A program made the position numbers and the translations under genes. The notes under the pieces are model-generated. The model made no database searches. It was not told where the DNA came from and worked only from the letters and a program-made list of their open reading frames with translations. 64,000 bases of DNA, from the NCBI GenBank assembly GCA_965248195.1, contig CBDFIQ010000001.1:1344001-1408000 (forward strand), given 5' to 3'. The stretch is from Longimicrobiales bacterium. Its GTDB lineage: Bacteria > Gemmatimonadota > Gemmatimonadetes > Longimicrobiales > Gaopeijiaceae. Below, one piece after another: positions 57,909-64,000 of the stretch. Each line of letters begins with the position of its first letter. Positions within the stretch are counted from its first letter, which is position 1.

Positions 57909-59309
57909 ATGACAATGTGGAAGCCAGAGATCGAAGACGGAGCTCCGCGCTACATCGCCATCGCCGACGCGATCGGGCGTGACGTGGCCGGCGGCGTCCT
58001 GGCTGAAGGGACGCGGCTTCCGACGCATCGCGAGCTCGCGGAGGCGCTCGGGATGTGGGTGGGGACCGTGACCCGAGGGTATGCCGAGGCGCAACGCCGC
58101 GGACTCACGGCCGGTGAGGTCGGCCGTGGAACCTTCGTCCGCACCCGGCCGGAGCCCGAGGACTTCGGCTGGCGCGACGCCGCCCAGGAAGATGCGGGGA
58201 GCGGAGTGATCGACATGAGTCTCGCCTGCCCATGGGTCCCGCCCGACGGTGAAGAGGGCCGACTGCTAGCGCAGACGTTGACGCAGGTGGCGGCGTCCCG
58301 ATCCCTGGACGAGCTGATGTGTTACGAGGCCTCGTCAGCGCTTCCCCGCCACCGCGCCGTTGCGGCGAAGTGGCTAGGTGAGTTGGGGCTACCTGTCTCG
58401 CCCGAAAGGATCGTCGTCACGAACGGGGCCCAGCACGCCATGACGGTTATCCTGGCGGCGCTGCTGCGGGCAGGAGACACGCTGATGACGGCCGAGCTGA
58501 CGTATCCGGGGCTCAAAGCGGTGGCGCAGATGCTGGGTCTCAACGTCCGCGGCGTGCCCATGGATGACGAGGGCATCGTGCCCGACGCGCTCGACACCAT
58601 GTGCGCGGAGTCACCGGCGCAGGCCCTCTATTGTGTTCCGACTATCCAGAACCCTACCGGAGCGACGATGTCGGAGGAGCGCCGAAGGAGTGTCGCCGAA
58701 GTCGCACGAAAACACGATCTGATCGTCGTCGAGGACGAGATTGACGTGGCGCTCGCGGATGAGCGCATCACGCCGATCGCCACATTCGCGCCCGAGCGCA
58801 CGCTGCACATCACGACGCTCACCAAGTGGGCCACGTTCGGTCTCCGTATCGGATTCATCGCCACGCCGGAGGGAGCGGTCGAGCGGATCCGCTCGGGAGT
58901 CCGGTCGAGCCTTTGGATGCCGGCACCGCTCATGACCGAGATTGCCACACGCTGGATCACGGACGGTACCGCCGAGCGGCTGGCCCAGCGCAAACTCGAG
59001 GAGCTCGAGGCGAGGCACGAGATCGTGCGCGAAGTGCTGGGGCGCCAAAGCGTCGACGCCCACCCACGCTCGCTCCACGTCTGGGTCCACCTGCCGGAGC
59101 CGCTTCGGAGTGACGAGTGTGTCGCACAGGCCAGGCAACGCGGTGTGTTGATCGCTGGGGCGGAGGCCTTCGCCGTCGGGCGCGACGTACCGCACGCCGT
59201 GCGAGTCTCCATCGCTGCCGTGCCGCATCGAGAGGACGTTCGGCGGGGCCTGAATGTCCTCGCGGAGATCCTCGATGGTATCACCGACCCGTGCGTCGAG
59301 ATCCTGTGA
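57909..59309 (+). CDS. MocR/GntR family PLP-dependent regulator
   Basis: RLPTHRELA...GTVTRGY, GEVGRGTFV; aminotransferase domain QNPTG, IVVEDE, LTK...GLRIG. Confidence 0.93.
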   Translation: MTMWKPEIEDGAPRYIAIADAIGRDVAGGVLAEGTRLPTHRELAEALGMWVGTVTRGYAEAQRRGLTAGEVGRGTFVRTRPEPEDFGWRDAAQEDAGSGVIDMSLACPWVPPDGEEGRLLAQTLTQVAASRSLDELMCYEASSALPRHRAVAAKWLGELGLPVSPERIVVTNGAQHAMTVILAALLRAGDTLMTAELTYPGLKAVAQMLGLNVRGVPMDDEGIVPDALDTMCAESPAQALYCVPTIQNPTGATMSEERRRSVAEVARKHDLIVVEDEIDVALADERITPIATFAPERTLHITTLTKWATFGLRIGFIATPEGAVERIRSGVRSSLWMPAPLMTEIATRWITDGTAERLAQRKLEELEARHEIVREVLGRQSVDAHPRSLHVWVHLPEPLRSDECVAQARQRGVLIAGAEAFAVGRDVPHAVRVSIAAVPHREDVRRGLNVLAEILDGITDPCVEIL

Positions 59310-59364
59310 GTCGCGCCTCCAGAAAGAGAAGGTGGGCGAGGGCGTTCAAGCTGCTCACCTCCGT

Positions 59365-60426
59365 TCAGCGCTGGTTTCGAGCCGCCTGTCTTTCTTGGTA
59401 ACGTGCGCCGCGAAGGATGTTCGAGAGAGCGTAGTTTCCCTCATGACACGCATACTCGTAGAGCACGTCCTCGAACTTTCTGAAGTCCATCTCGCCGCCC
59501 CACAGCTCGGTGTACGTGGTGGGATCGTCGATCGTGAACTCGTAGTTGATGATTCTCTCGTCGACGCGGGTGAAGCGCTCGATCACCTTCAATTCGTCCG
59601 TGGGGTAGATCCCACGGAGTGTGTGAAGGGGATGGAAATTGGTGGTCTCGACCACGAGCGTATTACCCTCCCAGCGACCCCAGGAATCGCCCATCCACGG
59701 ACGCACGTAATCGGGCAGCGGTTCTCTCTCTAGCTTGATGATCCGTGCGTCGTGGACCACCTCGGCGTAGATCAACACGTAGTCCGCCGTCTGCACGATC
59801 GTGTAGTTGTTGTTGTAGCCGGCGTTCGGCAGCATGGGCGGCCCGGCGTTCTGGTCGAACAACAGACATCGCTCGATCAGTGGTCGAAGCTCGGGGTGGT
59901 CGAACTGCCCGAACTGGCCCCTGAACTCGCCGCGCTCCTGCTCGCGCCGGCGCCCCTCGGGGCTGAGCTGGGGCCTGCGGCCGTCGGGCGGAACCGTGAT
60001 TATCGAGCTTCTGGGCTCGCCGTTGACGACCACCACCTGGCCACCCCGATCGTAGTAGATCTCGTTGTAGCTTCGGCCGATTCGGCCGGTTATCGGCGGT
60101 GGGGGGCGGTTCGGGTCGCTCGGCTGGGAGCCCACCCTGACCCGTTCCGCGAACCTGCCCTCGATCGTCTCGACCTCTTCCGGGGTCAAGACCGCGCCTT
60201 GACCTTGGGGTCGCTCCATAGGGGTGAGCGTCCCGTTGGTCCAGTTTCCTTGGAGGTCCGGATGACCATACGGAGTCCGAGGTACGACCCAACGTTGAGC
60301 CGCGGCGGGGGAGTGAACGCCTGCCGCAGCGGGGGAGAGAACGCCTGCCGCAGCGGGGGAGAGAACGCCTGCCGCAGCGGTCGCAAGGCACAGACCAAGA
60401 AGCGAGGTCGAGTATCGCGTGCCCAT
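59365..60426 (-). CDS. Secreted hypothetical protein (PRTPYGHPDLQGNW family)
   Basis: TPMERP, ERCL, HDARII, WMGDSWGRWEGNTLVVETTNF, YEYACHEGNY. Confidence 0.85.
   Translation of the reverse strand: MGTRYSTSLLGLCLATAAAGVLSPAAAGVLSPAAAGVHSPAAAQRWVVPRTPYGHPDLQGNWTNGTLTPMERPQGQGAVLTPEEVETIEGRFAERVRVGSQPSDPNRPPPPITGRIGRSYNEIYYDRGGQVVVVNGEPRSSIITVPPDGRRPQLSPEGRRREQERGEFRGQFGQFDHPELRPLIERCLLFDQNAGPPMLPNAGYNNNYTIVQTADYVLIYAEVVHDARIIKLEREPLPDYVRPWMGDSWGRWEGNTLVVETTNFHPLHTLRGIYPTDELKVIERFTRVDERIINYEFTIDDPTTYTELWGGEMDFRKFEDVLYEYACHEGNYALSNILRGARYQERQAARNQR
60305..60380. repeat. 24-bp in-frame tandem repeat x3 in the signal-peptide region
   Basis: GCGGGGGAGWGAACGCCTGCCGCA, encoding AAAGV(L/H)SP. Confidence 0.9.
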
Positions 60427-60601
60427 CTCACGGCCCTCCAGTCGCTGGGATTCCTACGTGGGATTCCCGCTCATGAACTCTGCCACAATAGCCCTTGGCA
60501 CACGACTTCGCTCGTCGAGGTCCCGAGTGAGGCCCCCTCCGTTGATGGAGCCGGGTGCCGCCTTGGACGTGGAGAGCGACGCGCTCCCGACCCTTCGCGT
60601 T

Positions 60602-62548
60602 CTATCGAAGGCTCAAGGCGATGAATTCCGCGTGACCGTTCGCCTCCCCGACCGCGACGACGACGTACTGCCTCCCGTCTGCCATGTAGGTCATCGGAGC
60701 CCCGGAGGTGCCGGCCGGTAGCTCCATTTCCCACAGCACCTCCCCGGTGTCCTTGTCGTAGGCCCGAAACATCTTGCCCCCGGCGAACCGGGGCATCGCC
60801 ACCATGCTCGGTGACCCCTCTCCGATGAACAGCAGCGTCTTGGTCAGCAACGGAGCGGGCCGACCGGGGACACCGAGCTTGGGGAGGTCGAGGCCCTGCA
60901 GCGCCTCATGGTCGCGAGGACCCTCACCGTTCGGCACCATCCACACGTGCTCGCCTCTGTTGAGGTCGATCGCCGTGATGCGACCCCACGGCGGCTTCAC
61001 GATCGGCAGCCCTTGGGGCCCCTGCACGCTCCGTGGCGGTCCTCTCACGTAGCGGAAATTCGACGAATCCGGGTCTGGCTCGACGAGTGCCGCCACGATC
61101 GGTGCGGTAATAGACGGCACGTAGAGAATCTGCGTCTCGGGGTCGACGGCCGCACCGTTCCAATCCGCGCCACCGACCCAGCCGGGCAGCTGAACGGTCC
61201 CCTGGGTGGCGTCCGCTTCGTCGCCGCGCACGGACGGGGGTGTGAACAGCGGCCCATACACATAATCATTGAGGATCTCGATCGCCTCGGCACGAAGCTC
61301 AGGAGTGAAATCGACGAGGTCGTCAGCCGTGATGCCCTGCCGCTCGAAAGGCGCAGGCTTGGTCGGAAACGGCTGCGTGGGCGAGGTGCGCTCGCCCTGA
61401 ACGGTCGACTGAGGGACCGCCCGCTCTTCGATCGGCCACACCGGTTCTCCAGTGAGGCGGTCGAACACGTAGGCGAAGCCTTGCTTGGTGACCTGCACCA
61501 CTGCCTTGATCGGTCGCTCGTCGACCGTGATGTCGACCAAATTTGGCGCCGCGGGGTTGTCGTAGTCCCACAAGCCGTGATGAACCATTTGGAAGTGCCA
61601 CACACGCTGACCCGTCGCGCATTGGAGAGCGACGAGACTCTCGGCGAAGAGGTTGTCGCCAAGTCGGTGCCCTCCGTACCAGTCGTTCGTCGGGGTGCTC
61701 ACGGGCAGATACACGTAACCCAGTTCCTCGTCGGCGCTCATCAGCGTCCAGACGTTGGCATTTCCACTGTATTCCCACGACCCACCCTCCCAGGTCTCGT
61801 TTCCGACATCTCCCGGCTGAGGAACTGGGTTGAATCGCCAGCGTAGCTGCCCGGTGTTGACGTGGTAGCCCCTCACGTACCCGGGCGTCATCTCCTGCCG
61901 GGTGGGGTTGTCGGACATCGCGGCTCCCACAATGACCACGTCTCCACAGACCAGCGGAGCGGCATTCCAGCGGTACTGCTCGATCAGCGGCCCCATGTCT
62001 CGACGCAGATCGACTTTTCCATCTTCACCGAATTCTCGATGCAGCCCACCGGTCTCGGGATCGAGAGCGACCAAGTGCTCGCCACTGACCAGAAGGAGTC
62101 GCTCCCGGGACCCGTCCGTCCAATACGCAAGACCGCGTGTGGCCCGCGCTCGCTCTCCACCCGTCCCCTCGGCCAGGGAGTTGTAGACCCAAAGCGTCTC
62201 TCCGGTGACCGGATCGATCGCGGCCGCCTGGCCGAGATTCGTGCTGGTGTACAGCGCGTTCCCCACCTTCAGTGGCGTCGCCAACAGGAGGTTGTTGAAT
62301 CTGAGCTCGGGATTTTCCGCCTGACGCTGATAGTCCACCGACTCCCACCTCCAGACCACTTGGAGATTCTGCACGTTGGTCTCGTCGATGGCGTCGAGGG
62401 ACGAGTATTTGGTGCTACCGGCGTCTCCGCCGTAGCTTTGCCACTCCCCGTTCTGAGCGCCCCGTTGGCCGAAGGCAGGCGAGGCAGGCAAGGCCACGCC
62501 AAGCACTGCCATCCACAGAATCGATCGTCTCAGAAGCTGTCGCACCAT
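60602..62548 (-). CDS. PQQ-dependent (quinoprotein glucose dehydrogenase-like) dehydrogenase
   Basis: W.SYGGD..STKYS, WHFQMVHHGLWDYD, TKQGF, PPWG, PMTY..DGRQYV. Confidence 0.93.
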   Translation of the reverse strand: MVRQLLRRSILWMAVLGVALPASPAFGQRGAQNGEWQSYGGDAGSTKYSSLDAIDETNVQNLQVVWRWESVDYQRQAENPELRFNNLLLATPLKVGNALYTSTNLGQAAAIDPVTGETLWVYNSLAEGTGGERARATRGLAYWTDGSRERLLLVSGEHLVALDPETGGLHREFGEDGKVDLRRDMGPLIEQYRWNAAPLVCGDVVIVGAAMSDNPTRQEMTPGYVRGYHVNTGQLRWRFNPVPQPGDVGNETWEGGSWEYSGNANVWTLMSADEELGYVYLPVSTPTNDWYGGHRLGDNLFAESLVALQCATGQRVWHFQMVHHGLWDYDNPAAPNLVDITVDERPIKAVVQVTKQGFAYVFDRLTGEPVWPIEERAVPQSTVQGERTSPTQPFPTKPAPFERQGITADDLVDFTPELRAEAIEILNDYVYGPLFTPPSVRGDEADATQGTVQLPGWVGGADWNGAAVDPETQILYVPSITAPIVAALVEPDPDSSNFRYVRGPPRSVQGPQGLPIVKPPWGRITAIDLNRGEHVWMVPNGEGPRDHEALQGLDLPKLGVPGRPAPLLTKTLLFIGEGSPSMVAMPRFAGGKMFRAYDKDTGEVLWEMELPAGTSGAPMTYMADGRQYVVVAVGEANGHAEFIALSLR

Positions 62549-62551
62549 GGT

Positions 62552-62614
62552 GTGTCCCTCTACACGGTAGCGGCCTTCTAGGGCTGCGTTGAGGCCGGTG
62601 ACTGGGTCAGTCAT
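62552..62614 (-). pseudogene. In-frame Ser/Thr kinase N-terminal remnant
   Basis: MTDPVTGLNAALEGRYRVE, breaking off before the Gly-rich loop. Confidence 0.55.
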
Positions 62615-62778
62615 GGCGGACAAGATGCGTCTATGGCGTGTCGGGTGGCAAGAAGATACCCCCACCACCAGCGCGCGAGAAACTCCATACGCGGGGCTTT
62701 TGCCACGGGCTGCTGGCAGGCATCTTGGGCCTCTACTCGCCGCAACGTTTCTATCGTGTACAGGGGAGGACATTCACC

Positions 62779-64000
62779 ATGCCTGCATCGATGACCCGGC
62801 GTCAACTGATTCAGGGACTCGCCGTCATGGCACCGGCAGCGGCGGTCGTGACCAGCAGACCGGTCGGTCGGTCGCTGATGGCAGCCGGCATCGGTGCACC
62901 TGCCGCCCTACAGACCAATGAGATCGGACCGCTGGCCGCCGACGTGCTGCCGGACGGTGTTCGTTCACGATTCGTGGACAACATCAACGGTCTCCGTGTC
63001 CATGTGCTGGAGGCCGGTTTCGAGGGAAGGGGCCGACCAGGCCTGCTGCTGCTCCACGGCTTTCCCGAGCTGGCCTACAGCTGGCGGAACGTGATGGTGC
63101 CGCTGGCCGAGGCCGGGTATCACGTCATGGCACCCGATCTACGAGGGTACGGGCGCACGACCGGATGGGATGACGACTACGACGGCGACCTCGCCTCGTT
63201 CCGGCGGCTGAACGTCGTTCGCGACGTACTGGGGCTCGTCTCCGCCTTCGGGTATCGCTCGCTGCCGGTGATCGGGCACGACTTCGGTTCGCCGGTCGCT
63301 GCCTGGTGTGCCATCGTGCGGCCCGACGTGTTCACCTCGGTCGCCTTGATGAGCGCGCCCTTCGGCGGAACCGCGTCGCTGCCCTTCGACACAGCCAACA
63401 ATCCGCCGCCCCCGTCGTCTCCGGGCTACAATCTGGCCACGGAAATGGCCAGACTCCCGCGTCCGCGCAAGCATTACCAGCAATACTACAGGACTCGCGA
63501 GGCCAACGAGAACATGTGGCACCCGCCCCAGGGGCTGCATGCGTTCATCAGGGGCTACTACCACTACAAGAGTGCCGACTGGTCCGACAACAGGCCCTTC
63601 CGGCTCGCGTCGCGCACGGCCGCTGAGATGGCTCAGATGCCCACCTACTACATCATGGATCTGAGCGACGGCATGGCTGAGACCGTAGCCAAGAACATGC
63701 CTGATGCGGCCCAGATCGCTGCAAACACGTGGCTGCCGGACCGCGAGCTTCAGGTCTATACCGAGGAGTATGGCCGCACCGGTTTCCAGGGCGGTCTGAA
63801 TCACTATCGATCGGGCGGTATCGGCGCCCCGGAGCAGCAGCTCTTCGCGGGCCGGACCATCGATCAGCCGTCGCTCTTCATCGCGGGCGCGAGCGACTGG
63901 GGCAGCTATCAAAACCCGGGCGCGCTGGAGCGGATGCAGAACGAGGCCTGCACCGACATGCGGGCCGTGCACATGGTGGACGGCGCCGGTCACTGGGTGC
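62779..64000 (+). CDS. Alpha/beta hydrolase (epoxide hydrolase-like) with Tat-like signal; runs off window end
   Basis: Manual translation: MPASMTRRQLIQG...LLHGFPELAYSWR...APDLRGYG...GHDFG...GAGHW. Confidence 0.9.
   Translation, partial: MPASMTRRQLIQGLAVMAPAAAVVTSRPVGRSLMAAGIGAPAALQTNEIGPLAADVLPDGVRSRFVDNINGLRVHVLEAGFEGRGRPGLLLLHGFPELAYSWRNVMVPLAEAGYHVMAPDLRGYGRTTGWDDDYDGDLASFRRLNVVRDVLGLVSAFGYRSLPVIGHDFGSPVAAWCAIVRPDVFTSVALMSAPFGGTASLPFDTANNPPPPSSPGYNLATEMARLPRPRKHYQQYYRTREANENMWHPPQGLHAFIRGYYHYKSADWSDNRPFRLASRTAAEMAQMPTYYIMDLSDGMAETVAKNMPDAAQIAANTWLPDRELQVYTEEYGRTGFQGGLNHYRSGGIGAPEQQLFAGRTIDQPSLFIAGASDWGSYQNPGALERMQNEACTDMRAVHMVDGAGHWV

Overview
GC-rich bacterial accessory region. The gene-family mix (PadR/ADOP permeases, DUF5916, DUF1501/DUF1553, ECF-HEAT operon, M56-TonB) suggests Gemmatimonadota or a similar Acidobacteriota-like organism; this is an inference. 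The window is a mosaic of secreted hydrolases, redox proteins, transporters and regulators, joined at many gene remnants. Standout: a compact, apparently intact type I-C Cascade operon (cas5-cas8c[+internal cas11]-cas7) with no cas3, cas4, cas1 or cas2 in the window. Only 14 bp after cas7 lies a leaderless two-repeat, one-spacer mini-array, whose decay pattern still allows exactly one mature crRNA. This is a candidate nuclease-less, single-guide DNA-binding system, next to a BlaI/BlaR1(M56)-TonB module. Other notable items: two 3'-tRNA-Lys att-like fragments; a MEDS + FhlA-like sigma54 activator flanked by two operons that each have a matching palindromic UAS and -24/-12 promoter; a ~1.6 kb duplicated cytochrome c/copper-monooxygenase-like gene; chimeric genes; and two single-base frameshifts. 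All family assignments come from motif recognition by eye, not database searches.
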